Of a stretch of DNA of 59,340 nucleotides, positions 27,944 through 37,249 are shown piece after piece (within the stretch, counting starts at the first letter, position 1; each line of letters begins with the position of its first letter). A program made the position numbers and the translations under genes. The stretch comes from an uncultured virus (IMG/VR IMGVR_UViG_3300025723_000019) (lineage: Duplodnaviria > Heunggongvirae > Uroviricota > Caudoviricetes). The stretch lies in the IMG/VR virus record IMGVR_UViG_3300025723_000019, positions 62,001 to 121,340 of that record; one strand, 5' to 3'. A model generated the notes under the pieces. The model had not been told where the DNA came from and did no database searches. It saw only the letters and a list, made by a program, of their open reading frames with translations.

Positions 27944-28986
27944 TAGACCATCCTGTCGTACATCTTCTTCGCAGTTGGGTCGTTGCCAGTGACAAAGGGG
28001 AACGCCTTTTCCATTACTCCGACGCACTTATCAACAGCATCTTTTTCAAAGGTGGTGTTGTTCTTGGCTGCCTGCAAATCCTTCAGGCCGGTGTACATCT
28101 GGGTCAACCTATCGGAGTTTATGCGCTTCAACACAGCAAATTGCACAAGGTCGGAGGACTGTGGTGGAAAAGGCTCGTGACGGGCGTTTCCCAAGCAAAG
28201 CGAGTGGTCAATCGCTACGACTTGGCTATCCTGAGTGACCCAGTTGCGGGGGGTCAGATTGGTGTACATAAAGTTTCCAAAATGACGGTCACCGTTGCCA
28301 ATCAACTTGTCGAAAAAGTACATTTCGTTTCGCTGCTGGTTGCACTCCGATGAAACATTGTCTGCTCCACGACTGTCAAATGCTGTTTCACCCTTGATGA
28401 GGGGCATCACAATCTTCTTCGGCTCACCCGGAACCGGCTCAGCCTTGGCAATTGAAATACCCATCGCTGCGCCGATTTTTCCAGCAGCGACTTCGGCCTT
28501 AGCAAGTTGTTTTGGGGAATTTTTTCCCCATTCTGCTAGACCCTTCACCACACCGGCACTGCCATCCTTCATCGTGACGAGTTGCAGTCCAGTGTTCTGC
28601 GCTCCACCCTTGGAACCTAACTTCTTGTCGTAGGAAGCAATTTCGTTGGTGGCCAGAACCTTGGGGCCGGGTTCATTCCAGTCCTTGACGGCTGGCTTCA
28701 GGGATTGCTGAGGCTCAGGGAGTTTTACTGGCGGTGGAGTTGGCTTTGGTGTTTCGGGGCGTGGTGGGGTAGGAGCCGGGGGCTTGGGGGCTGCAACACG
28801 GCGTGGGGCTGGTGCTGGCTTTGGCGCGGCTGCCCTGCGCTGACCGGCAGGCTTCGGCTTCGCTGCTGGTCGGGGCTTTCCACCACCTGCATTGAACTTT
28901 CCTGAACCGTTAATCCACTGATTGCCGTGGAATTCGTGACCTACAACGTCACCTTTAAGGATTTCGAGAATTTGTCGGAAGTTCAT
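27943..28986 (-). CDS. tagged HipA/PI3-4-kinase-like protein
   Basis: ILKGDVVGHEFHGNQW; P/K/A linker; GVVK, AEVAA, FDKLIGNGDRHFGN, VAIDHSL. Confidence 0.8.
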   Translation of the reverse strand: MNFRQILEILKGDVVGHEFHGNQWINGSGKFNAGGGKPRPAAKPKPAGQRRAAAPKPAPAPRRVAAPKPPAPTPPRPETPKPTPPPVKLPEPQQSLKPAVKDWNEPGPKVLATNEIASYDKKLGSKGGAQNTGLQLVTMKDGSAGVVKGLAEWGKNSPKQLAKAEVAAGKIGAAMGISIAKAEPVPGEPKKIVMPLIKGETAFDSRGADNVSSECNQQRNEMYFFDKLIGNGDRHFGNFMYTNLTPRNWVTQDSQVVAIDHSLCLGNARHEPFPPQSSDLVQFAVLKRINSDRLTQMYTGLKDLQAAKNNTTFEKDAVDKCVGVMEKAFPFVTGNDPTAKKMYDRMV

Positions 28987-29007
28987 ACCATTTCACCCAT
29001 TTAAAGA

Positions 29008-30153
29008 CTACTTGATGATTTTGGGGAAAGCCTGCTCCAGTGTTGCTTGCATTACCTTGACTTTTGGAAGTTCCTCTTGGTTCAGGGTTCCACCACTGAT
29101 GAGAGACTTCAGGGACTTGTTGATTTGGTTCAATCGGGACGGCTTAATGCTGTACTGGGTCACAACGCTTTGGAGTTCTCGTGAACTTGGTGGAAACAAG
29201 GAACGGAACGCCAGCGAATGGTCAATGCCGACCAGTTTGGAATCTGGGGTGATTGCGTCGGCAATGGTCAATCCCTGCTTCAGGCGAACGGTTTGGGAGC
29301 CGTCTTTCTTTGTGAACGGCTCAAAGGCAGTCGGGTTGGTGTTCGTGACCATCACGTTCTCGCAGTGTCGGTCACCGTTGCCGACCATTGTGTCGAACAG
29401 GCGCATTTCACCAAGGGCTGCACGGAATTGGGGCGGGTACCCGTCGGGGTCGCCAGTGCCGGGGTTAAAGTTCTCTTTCCGCATCATTGCCATCGGCCCG
29501 CAGCAAGTTGCCCACGTCTCGCCCTGCACCCACGGCTGGATTACAGCATCCTTTTGGCCGGGAACGCCGATACAGTCACGAATAGGCGCACCGATAGCCT
29601 GTCCGATTTTGGATGACAGCACTTCGGCTTTCGCCATTTCTTCTGCTGGAATCCCGTTCCATTGCCCGATGGTCTTCGCTACACCCTTGGAGCCGTCATC
29701 GAAGGTGACTTTGCCCATCTTGATTTGCTGCGCTCCACCGAGATGCAGAGATTCATCGTTGTTCTGTATCTTTTCACTGGTGAAGGGTAAGAATCCCTTG
29801 CCCGGCTTAAAGGGTGGCTCTTTGGCTTCCTTTGGTGATGGGGCGTAGTCGGCAGGCGTTGATGTCGGCTGCTTCTGAGCATTGAGGTGGTTGTTGATGA
29901 TGGACAACAACACGCTGTTCAGGTCACGCTGCTTTGGATTCTTCGCTGCTGGCTTCTGAGGGGCAGGGCGTGGGGCTGGTTGCTTCTTTGGGGCTGCTGG
30001 CTGACGAACTGCTGCCTTGGGCTTCTTTCCACCACCACGGGGTTTGTTGCCCTTGACGTTGAACCCACCGGCTTCGTTGACCCACTGATTACCGTGAAAG
30101 TCGTGTCCGGGTACATCACCTTTCAGAATTGTGGTGATGCTTCTCCAGTCCAT
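29008..30153 (-). CDS. tagged HipA/PI3-4-kinase-like protein
   Basis: ILKGDVPGHDFHGNQW; basic linker; GVAK, AEVLS, FDTMVGNGDRHCEN, VGIDHSL. Confidence 0.8.
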   Translation of the reverse strand: MDWRSITTILKGDVPGHDFHGNQWVNEAGGFNVKGNKPRGGGKKPKAAVRQPAAPKKQPAPRPAPQKPAAKNPKQRDLNSVLLSIINNHLNAQKQPTSTPADYAPSPKEAKEPPFKPGKGFLPFTSEKIQNNDESLHLGGAQQIKMGKVTFDDGSKGVAKTIGQWNGIPAEEMAKAEVLSSKIGQAIGAPIRDCIGVPGQKDAVIQPWVQGETWATCCGPMAMMRKENFNPGTGDPDGYPPQFRAALGEMRLFDTMVGNGDRHCENVMVTNTNPTAFEPFTKKDGSQTVRLKQGLTIADAITPDSKLVGIDHSLAFRSLFPPSSRELQSVVTQYSIKPSRLNQINKSLKSLISGGTLNQEELPKVKVMQATLEQAFPKIIK

Positions 30154-30458
30154 TAGTCAACTGTCCACGTCGTAGGCTCGTCGGTGGCGAACATCAGTCC
30201 GTTGCTCCAACCGTTCAGGTAGTCGTAGATTTCACTGTCCGTGAAGTTGTCCATCCCGTCGTTGGCTGCACGGTCACGGATGGCCTGCACCATATTGGCT
30301 GCGGTTCCCTCATCGGCAGTCAGAACGCCGTTTTCCAGCGTGGCAGTCCCGTAGCAACCGTTTTCGGGCATCGAAACGTTGTAGAAGTAGAGCATCTTGG
30401 CTTCGGGAGCCGGGGTTGCGTCTTTCTTCAGGTTGGTGAAAATGTCTCTAGCCTTCAT
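30153..30458 (-). CDS. hypothetical acidic protein
   Basis: 101 aa; GGAG RBS; coupled to the kinase gene. Confidence 0.6.
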   Translation of the reverse strand: MKARDIFTNLKKDATPAPEAKMLYFYNVSMPENGCYGTATLENGVLTADEGTAANMVQAIRDRAANDGMDNFTDSEIYDYLNGWSNGLMFATDEPTTWTVD

Positions 30459-30466
30459 CGCTGCTC

Positions 30467-32842
30467 CTATTTGACGTAGTTCTTCGGTGACTGGCCGAAC
30501 CCAAGGTAAAGGCTACCAGTCGGGGTTGGAGGTGGTGATACTGGCTTCTGGCCGTTCACGAGTTGCCAACGGTTGTCAATGGGGCGTGAGCAGGTAGAGC
30601 AGACGTACACCGGCGCACCGGTCACGAACTGGCCGTTGAACGAACCGTCTGCGTTTCTACCAATCCACTGCTCTGGCACCCTGACAGTGTTCTGATGCCC
30701 TGAAGCGCAGTGAGCCGTAAAGAGGGCGTTGTAAGGGTCGAATCGAACGATTCCACCTTTGGAATGTTGGTTGCCTCGGAAGACGTGACCCTGCAAGTCC
30801 CCCTTGAAGAACAAGTACTCGGAAAGGAGCGTCGAAGTGATGAAGTCCAGTGCCTTCTTGGTTGCCGTCGGCTTCCCTTGCCCTTGGTTCTCGGCGTTGT
30901 TGGCGTTAGCCCACTGGGTGGTGAGTTTCAACGCTTCGCCGTGGTTCACCGACAGTCGGTAGACAGGCATCTTGGCTCCGTTGTGGAAGTGGATGCCAAC
31001 TGCTGCTGCCCAAGTGTGGTGACCGTCAAGGACGTAGCCATCTTTGGAAATGAGAATCCTCATCTTGTCCGGGATGGCACTGTCCTTGAAAGACCGGAAG
31101 ATGGCAGCAGATTTCACTGCAAACACTTCCTTCTGCACGGGCTTCAAGGTAGTTGGGTCAACGTCTTCCTTGGTTGCCGTCACGCCGTTGTTCTTCTCCA
31201 AGTCGCTGAGGAACTGTGGGCGTTGTTCGGTTTCCACCTGAGGCATATCCACTCGTGCGATGCCCAGACCGTCCTTGCCCATCAACCGTGTTCCGTCAAT
31301 GCGAAGTTCCGTAATGTCGGACTTCAGGAACTCGTGGCCGATTCCACCCTTCATCCCCTCAAAAAAAGTTTCCAAGTTCTTCTCGTCAATGACGGGTTGC
31401 TTCCCGTCGTTCAGGCTTTTCAGCACTTTGACGGCAAACTGCCTTCTGTCTTCCCTTGTATCGCCCTTTGGAGTGAGAACTCGTTCTCCCAAGTCTTGGC
31501 TCGTGGGGTTTGGCTTCACGCCTTCCAGTGGTGATTTATTGTCCGGGGCAGTGTTGCCTTCGCCACCTGTCCACTGATTCCCACGAAAGGGGTGGCCGGG
31601 GTCATCTCCCTTAGTGAGAGCGAGTTGGCCCGTGTTGGTGCTGATGAAGTCCTTGTTTCGTTCCCACGACTTGTCGGCCTGTGCGCTGGCTGCTGCTGCC
31701 TTCGCTGCTGATGCTGGAACAATTTTGAAGTTTTTCCCAGCCCGCAGGTACTTTTCGATAGCATCTGCCGTTGCTGAATTGGCTGAGTAGGCCCGCCACT
31801 GGTCACTGGCGAGCGACGAGAGGAACCTAGCCTTGTCGCTTTGCAAGCCTTCTGGGACGTTATGGATGGATGAGACGATTTGCTTCCAACGGTCTTGGTG
31901 AATGTCGGCAATGTCTCTGGCTTCGTTGATGAGTGGGCCTGCCGATGCCGGGTCAATGTAGGTCTTCTTGCTCAGTTTGGAAGACAACTTTTCAGCACGG
32001 CCTGACGCTTCTCCACCCGTGAACTGATTTCCGTGGAAGATGTGTCCGAGGAAGTCGCCCTTTTGGATTTCACTGCCCACAACCGACTTGGCCCACGAGT
32101 AGCCAGCATCGCCACCCCACGCATACCACGCCACCTTGCCGGGGCTTGGCTCATCCCAGTGTGGTGAATCCTTGTCGCCCTGATGACGGTCAAAATAGGC
32201 CTTCATACGCTTCAGGGTGTCCATAGACACAGCGTGGCCGTTGGCGAGGTCTGAGGCTCGTTTACGGCCCACTGAGGTGAATCCGTCGCCAGCCTTTCCA
32301 TCCTTCATCCACGCCAAAGCCTTCTTCGCTGCTTCTTGAACGCCCTTTGGAGGGGTAAAGGATTCTGACTTTGCTACAGGCTTCCTGTAGGTTCCACCAC
32401 GACGCTTGTACTCTTGGACAACCCAGCCGTTTGCGACTGCTGATGGGTAGACATCGAACTTCTTCTTTGCGTCTGCCTTGACCCGGCTGTAGAGTTTCTT
32501 GTTCGCTGGCTCGCCCTTGCGGTCAGAAATGATGCCCGTGTAGTCGGTATCGTCATCGGCTTTGGAGATTTCACTTTCGGCGTGGCCTGCTGGCTCCCCG
32601 GTTGCTCCAATATGACGCAGTTGGCAAAAGCCTTCGGGGTTGTCAATATACTTTCCAGCAATAGCGACGCATTGCTCAAAGTCTCCGGGCTGGCCCCAGT
32701 CAATCTGGCCATCAGCACCGTCTTCGTACCAGTCAATTAAGCCAGAAGCATCTCCGGCCTTGTGGATTTCAAATGTACGAGCGAACTTGACCCACGAAAG
32801 AATTTGACCATCGGAAGACATAAGTTCTCCTAGAAATAGCAA
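30467..32842 (-). CDS. multi-domain tagged protein: several small phage-head domains plus a ParB/Srx-like domain
   Basis: Three tags; IDWGQPGDF..C; YPSAVANGWVVQEYKRRGG; KRMKAYFDRH..AWGGDAG; LKPVQKE..ILISKDGYVLDGHHTWAA. Confidence 0.75.
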   Translation of the reverse strand: MLFLGELMSSDGQILSWVKFARTFEIHKAGDASGLIDWYEDGADGQIDWGQPGDFEQCVAIAGKYIDNPEGFCQLRHIGATGEPAGHAESEISKADDDTDYTGIISDRKGEPANKKLYSRVKADAKKKFDVYPSAVANGWVVQEYKRRGGTYRKPVAKSESFTPPKGVQEAAKKALAWMKDGKAGDGFTSVGRKRASDLANGHAVSMDTLKRMKAYFDRHQGDKDSPHWDEPSPGKVAWYAWGGDAGYSWAKSVVGSEIQKGDFLGHIFHGNQFTGGEASGRAEKLSSKLSKKTYIDPASAGPLINEARDIADIHQDRWKQIVSSIHNVPEGLQSDKARFLSSLASDQWRAYSANSATADAIEKYLRAGKNFKIVPASAAKAAAASAQADKSWERNKDFISTNTGQLALTKGDDPGHPFRGNQWTGGEGNTAPDNKSPLEGVKPNPTSQDLGERVLTPKGDTREDRRQFAVKVLKSLNDGKQPVIDEKNLETFFEGMKGGIGHEFLKSDITELRIDGTRLMGKDGLGIARVDMPQVETEQRPQFLSDLEKNNGVTATKEDVDPTTLKPVQKEVFAVKSAAIFRSFKDSAIPDKMRILISKDGYVLDGHHTWAAAVGIHFHNGAKMPVYRLSVNHGEALKLTTQWANANNAENQGQGKPTATKKALDFITSTLLSEYLFFKGDLQGHVFRGNQHSKGGIVRFDPYNALFTAHCASGHQNTVRVPEQWIGRNADGSFNGQFVTGAPVYVCSTCSRPIDNRWQLVNGQKPVSPPPTPTGSLYLGFGQSPKNYVK

Positions 32843-32906
32843 GTGCCACTACTTTATCCCAGACTTCGGGATTTCAGTAGTGGCACTGCTACGACAATGT
32901 GTGGAT

Positions 32907-34214
32907 TTACTGGCCAGCAGCCTTGCGACTTGCGAGGTCGGCTTGGTACGCAGCACCAGCCTTCAGGTCAGTACGGATGCGGTCAGCCTCGCCGTAGTGG
33001 AAGCCTTGGGACTGGACACCGGCAGGCATATTCTTGCCCGACTTCACGTCCGGGTGGTCAGCGTGTTCCTTCAGAACCGTGCTGATTCCGTAGTGTGCGC
33101 CAGCACCCTTTTCAAAGTGGCCCTTGGATTCCAAGAACTTGGCAGCAGCAGCAGCGTGTTGGCCAGCAGCCTTCAGCGCACGACCATCGGCCATTGCCTT
33201 GACACCGTTAGCGAGGTGGCCTTCGGCAGCCTTGGCGTAGCGAGCCATCTTGGACTTCCAGCCTTCCTTGATGCCACGAGCAGAGGTGGAAACGCCACCG
33301 GTGTACTGGTTGCCGTTGAACGGGTGACCGGGCTGTGCGCCAGAACCCTCGCCACCCTTGGTGAAGATGTAGTTCTGGTAGGCAGCCGACTTTTGGAAGT
33401 CACGGGTAAGCAACGCCTCGGTGCTGAAAGCGTTCTTCATCATCGGGTGTTCCGGGTTGTCCGGGTAGTCGTAAATCGAACCCAGAACCATTTCGTCAGA
33501 GACGGCAGCAGCGCCCTTGCAGGTGGGGCAAGATTCCTCGCCGTGCCCCATACAGGATGGGCAGAGGTTCCTCAGCGCAGCCGGGACTGCTTCGTTGTAA
33601 GTATCGGCCATCGCCGCGTCCTTTCGGAGTGATTTGGTGGTGGAATCTGACCAAGATTCGGGAAGTTGGTCAGTCGCATTCAGGGCCTTTGCCTGTGCGA
33701 TGATGTGCGCCTTGACCGCATCTGGGTTCTTGGCACGACCATACGACGAGATGGCGTTCTTCAGGTCGCCAACCGTCTTGATTGGGTAGGAGCCGTCGGG
33801 CATAGCCTTACCCTTTTCAGCGAGGTCTTGACGCTCCGTGTCCGAAACTTCACGCTTGGCGATGTCACGAAGACCTTCCAAAGCAGACTTGACGAGCGAC
33901 AGTTCGTCAACAGCCTTTTCAGCAGCCTTGTCAGCGTCACGGTAGCCAGCGAGCGTGTTGTTGTAAATTGAGCGCAGTTCTTCGCGGTTCGATGCGCCCT
34001 TCTCAACGGCAGTGAAGTAGGCGATTTCAGCGGCCTTCATCTGCTCGGTGGCCTTCACAAGACGGAAGTTGGCGTTGTCAACTGCTGAAAGAGCCTCAAC
34101 TTCCATACGGGCAGCCTTGGCAATCTGGTCGCCAGCGATGCGCCCAGCCACCTCGTCACGGCCCTTTTGGTAAAAGGTCACAACGTCTGGCGTGGTGTTT
34201 GGAACTTGAATCAT
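32907..34214 (-). CDS. tagged protein: coiled coil, AMPDGSYPI domain, CxxCxGxG knuckle, His/Ala helices
   Basis: LAEKGKAMPDGSYPI...GRA...LPESW; CPSCMGHG..CPTCKG; FTKGGEGSGAQPGHPFNGNQY. Confidence 0.7.
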   Translation of the reverse strand: MIQVPNTTPDVVTFYQKGRDEVAGRIAGDQIAKAARMEVEALSAVDNANFRLVKATEQMKAAEIAYFTAVEKGASNREELRSIYNNTLAGYRDADKAAEKAVDELSLVKSALEGLRDIAKREVSDTERQDLAEKGKAMPDGSYPIKTVGDLKNAISSYGRAKNPDAVKAHIIAQAKALNATDQLPESWSDSTTKSLRKDAAMADTYNEAVPAALRNLCPSCMGHGEESCPTCKGAAAVSDEMVLGSIYDYPDNPEHPMMKNAFSTEALLTRDFQKSAAYQNYIFTKGGEGSGAQPGHPFNGNQYTGGVSTSARGIKEGWKSKMARYAKAAEGHLANGVKAMADGRALKAAGQHAAAAAKFLESKGHFEKGAGAHYGISTVLKEHADHPDVKSGKNMPAGVQSQGFHYGEADRIRTDLKAGAAYQADLASRKAAGQ

Positions 34215-34269
34215 ACGAGAAATCCTTTCGCGTCTTTAGAAAGACTACACCGAGAATTGGAAATACTTA

Positions 34270-34737
34270 CTAGCCTTCTTCGTGCAGTATGTCGTGGAGG
34301 GGGTGGTCTTTCGGAAGACCGCCTGCGTACTTGTTCCCTTGGAAAGCGTGACCCTGCGTAATGTCGGGGCTACCCGCACCACCACTACCAAGACCACTGG
34401 TGTGGTACGACGAATCAGGCCTGCTTGGTGAAACGTCCGGCGTACCCATTTGACCCATTGGGCCTTCGGCGTGGCCGACCTTTCCACTACCTGCATCCGG
34501 GGTACCCTCACGGTATTGGCGGCCGGGGTCGTTGTAGCGACTGACCATTGCGGCCCAACGGTCACGTCCAGCATCGCCTTGACGGTGCAGTTCGGGGTTA
34601 GAAGTGGTGTTCGGGCCACTGCCGGAACCCTGCGTGTACTGGTTGCCGTGGAACTCGTGGCCAGCCATATCCTTGATGACATCGTAGCCAAAGGACTTCA
34701 AAATCCACTCTGCGATTTCTGCGTTGGAAACAGTCAT
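34270..34737 (-). CDS. small Gly-rich protein with two tag variants
   Basis: VIKDMAGHEFHGNQY and QGHAFQGNKY. Confidence 0.7.
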   Translation of the reverse strand: MTVSNAEIAEWILKSFGYDVIKDMAGHEFHGNQYTQGSGSGPNTTSNPELHRQGDAGRDRWAAMVSRYNDPGRQYREGTPDAGSGKVGHAEGPMGQMGTPDVSPSRPDSSYHTSGLGSGGAGSPDITQGHAFQGNKYAGGLPKDHPLHDILHEEG

Positions 34738-34751
34738 TTCACTGCCCTTTC

Positions 34752-35057
34752 TTAGATTTCCGAAATGCCCACGGAAATCGTGGCGTTAGTTGCAATCCCG
34801 TTGATTTGTCCACTGAACTGATTGGAAAACCAACTGGAACTTGGTTGTACTCCGATTCCAGCACCCGTGGCTGCCGTGCCACCGAGAGAGAGCCAGAGAA
34901 TGTTGCCAGCCGTGCTGGAACCGTTTGTAATCCAAACGCCCTGACGTTGCTGGTTGGCGACCAAAAGCGTGGTTCCACCAGAAGCAGTAGAGCAAGAGAC
35001 GCTACTGCCCGGTGTGTTTGCCCACAGCGAAGTTTGGTTTGGTGAAGTAGTGGCCAT
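34752..35057 (-). CDS. small beta-rich virion-type protein
   Basis: LLVANQQRQGVWITN...LWLSLG...GIGVQP pattern. Confidence 0.55.
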   Translation of the reverse strand: MATTSPNQTSLWANTPGSSVSCSTASGGTTLLVANQQRQGVWITNGSSTAGNILWLSLGGTAATGAGIGVQPSSSWFSNQFSGQINGIATNATISVGISEI

Positions 35058-35060
35058 TTA

Positions 35061-36134
35061 TTAGTACGTCACACGGCTATTTGCTCGTTGGCCTGCCTTC
35101 ATCGTGTCTTCAGTCAGTGCAGCAGCAGCGTGGCTAGCAGCCTCGGCGTGGTCAAGTCGTGACTTCTCCCAAGCGCCGGGATGGACGGTGTTACTGAATG
35201 GCGCTGCGTCAATGTGGGCCTGTGCAGCAGCGAAATGGGCTTGTGCAGCAAGTTCGGCACCACGAATGCCATCTTTGACCATCTGGCTTGTGGCCGATGC
35301 TGGGTCAGCCTTGGCATCTTCGGCAGCCTTCAGGAGTTCTTTGCCAATAGCGATGTGTCTATCAAGAATACTCTGATGAATACTGGTCTGGGGAACGCCT
35401 GCTCGCTCATTAGCACGAATGTCACTTGCTGCCGTCGCTACATTGCGCGCATTTTGCCAAGGAGCGAGGTCGTTGGGGCCATCACCACGGCCACCGCCAG
35501 TGGCGTACTGGTTCCCCTCAAAAGGGTGGCCAGCCTGTGCGCCACTGCCGGGGCCACCCTTCGCCAGAAAGTAAGGTGCGCCACTGGGAAGTTGGATATC
35601 AGGAGTTTGCCATCCCAGTGCAGCAGTGGTTTGTGGGCCAGAAGCAGCGACAGTTGCCTTTGCAGCAGCGTTGCTCGCAGCAGAAACTTGGGAAGCGGTC
35701 GGCTTCTTCTCGTCAAGACCCAAGCGTCCACCCCACTCACCCTGAGCCTTTAGCACGGTTTCAGAAGCAGCGAGGTGCGCTGAAGAAGCCTTGTCGTGGA
35801 GTTGCGCTTCCTTTTCCATTTGCTTTGCCAGCGCAACGTTGCCCATCCCATTGAGGGCAACTGCATTGGCTTGCTCGTGAAGATATTTTGCCATCTTGTT
35901 GTGGTAGCCAGCGTGGTCAACGTGAGCCTGAGCGATGTCCTTTGCCGTGTATGGTGAAATGTTCCCTCGGTTCTTCGTGACGAACTGGGCCAGACGAGTT
36001 GCCGTGTCCTGTGCGCTACCTTGGGTGTATTGGTTCCCACGAAACTCGTGTCCCGGAAGGTCACCTTTGAGGATTTCAGTGAGTGACTTGCCGATTGGGT
36101 CAAGTGCGTCTGGGTGGAATGGGTTCTGGGTCAT
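35061..36134 (-). CDS. tagged His/Ala-rich helical protein
   Basis: ILKGDLPGHEFRGNQY and LAKGGPGSGAQAGHPFEGNQY; AHFAAAQAHIDAA. Confidence 0.7.
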   Translation of the reverse strand: MTQNPFHPDALDPIGKSLTEILKGDLPGHEFRGNQYTQGSAQDTATRLAQFVTKNRGNISPYTAKDIAQAHVDHAGYHNKMAKYLHEQANAVALNGMGNVALAKQMEKEAQLHDKASSAHLAASETVLKAQGEWGGRLGLDEKKPTASQVSAASNAAAKATVAASGPQTTAALGWQTPDIQLPSGAPYFLAKGGPGSGAQAGHPFEGNQYATGGGRGDGPNDLAPWQNARNVATAASDIRANERAGVPQTSIHQSILDRHIAIGKELLKAAEDAKADPASATSQMVKDGIRGAELAAQAHFAAAQAHIDAAPFSNTVHPGAWEKSRLDHAEAASHAAAALTEDTMKAGQRANSRVTY

Positions 36135-36142
36135 TTTTTGTC

Positions 36143-36601
36143 CTAACCGAGTGAGGCTTGGAGTTGCCAAGCCCATTTGTCGTGCATTTCGATTCGGCCA
36201 GCGAGGAAGTTTGCAATTCCCTGCTTACCAGTATTGCTAGCGATTTGGAACGCCGAGTTCAGGCTTTCCAGCACACCGTTGTTTACTGCGATGAGGTCGG
36301 TCACGAGCGTCGTGTGGTCGTAATCGGCAACCGGGATGTCCGACACCGAAGCGATTCCAGCAAGGTCAGTCAACCGGAAAGGGGCGAACACGCCGACCTT
36401 TCGGATGCTTTCACCAAGACCGTCAAGGCTTTCCCACACGTCGTTGTAGATTTCCTCAAACTTTGCGTGGTACTGGGGGAAGTCGGTGCCGACGATGTTC
36501 CAATGAAAAGCGTGGACGCGGTGATACATCACAGTGGCATCAGCGAGACAAGTCGCCAACGCCACCGGAAGTGTCACTGAGCCATCCTTTTCAACCAGCA
36601 T
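36143..36601 (-). CDS. dps: Dps family ferritin-like DNA-protection protein
   Basis: HAFHWNIVG.DF..YH.KFEEIY, D.L.E.IR, HDKWAWQL. Confidence 0.9.
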   Translation of the reverse strand: MLVEKDGSVTLPVALATCLADATVMYHRVHAFHWNIVGTDFPQYHAKFEEIYNDVWESLDGLGESIRKVGVFAPFRLTDLAGIASVSDIPVADYDHTTLVTDLIAVNNGVLESLNSAFQIASNTGKQGIANFLAGRIEMHDKWAWQLQASLG

Positions 36602-36603
36602 TA

Positions 36604-37194
36604 CTAAGCCGATTCTGCCTGCGGGATGGCACCGGAGATGGCAGCACTCATACGGTGTGCGCCGATTTCACTCTCGTTGTTCATTGCCGTGGTTGCAGCC
36701 TTGACTGCCTCACTGTGGCTCGCCTGAGCCTTCATTGCAAGAAGCGAGAGGGTGTGGGCATCAGCACCCGAACGGAGCGCAGAAGCGTAGGCACGAACGT
36801 CCTTGTTGGCGATTTCAGCAGCGTCGCCAGCGTGGTGGGCAGCAGCGTAGCCAGTCTTCGCAGTCTGGTGAAGCATCGGGTCTGCGCCGTTGGTGTTGAG
36901 CCGAGCAGCAGCCCAAGCGTAGTGACGAGCAGCAGTGTTGAAGTGGCGCATTGCGACACCGTGGCTACCACGCATCAACGCAGCCTGAGCAGCAGCCATA
37001 TGTGACGATGCAGCGTCAAGGTGCTGACCGTGGCTCCACGACTTTTCGCCTTCTGGGTTGTCGTGGCTCCGAGACTGTGGGACACCACCGGTGGTGCCGT
37101 TGCCACGGAATGGGTGTCCCTCGTGTTCACCCGAACCGGGGCCACCCTTCGCCAGAACCAGCCATTCCTCAATTTGCGAATCGTAATCCGACAT
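36604..37194 (-). CDS. tagged His/Ala-rich helical protein
   Basis: LAKGGPGSGEHEGHPFRGNG; HLDAASSHMAAA. Confidence 0.7.
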   Translation of the reverse strand: MSDYDSQIEEWLVLAKGGPGSGEHEGHPFRGNGTTGGVPQSRSHDNPEGEKSWSHGQHLDAASSHMAAAQAALMRGSHGVAMRHFNTAARHYAWAAARLNTNGADPMLHQTAKTGYAAAHHAGDAAEIANKDVRAYASALRSGADAHTLSLLAMKAQASHSEAVKAATTAMNNESEIGAHRMSAAISGAIPQAESA

Positions 37195-37249
37195 TTGGAC
37201 TTCCTTTACTAAGTCGTGGTTGCAATAATGCTACCAATGGTTTTGCTTT

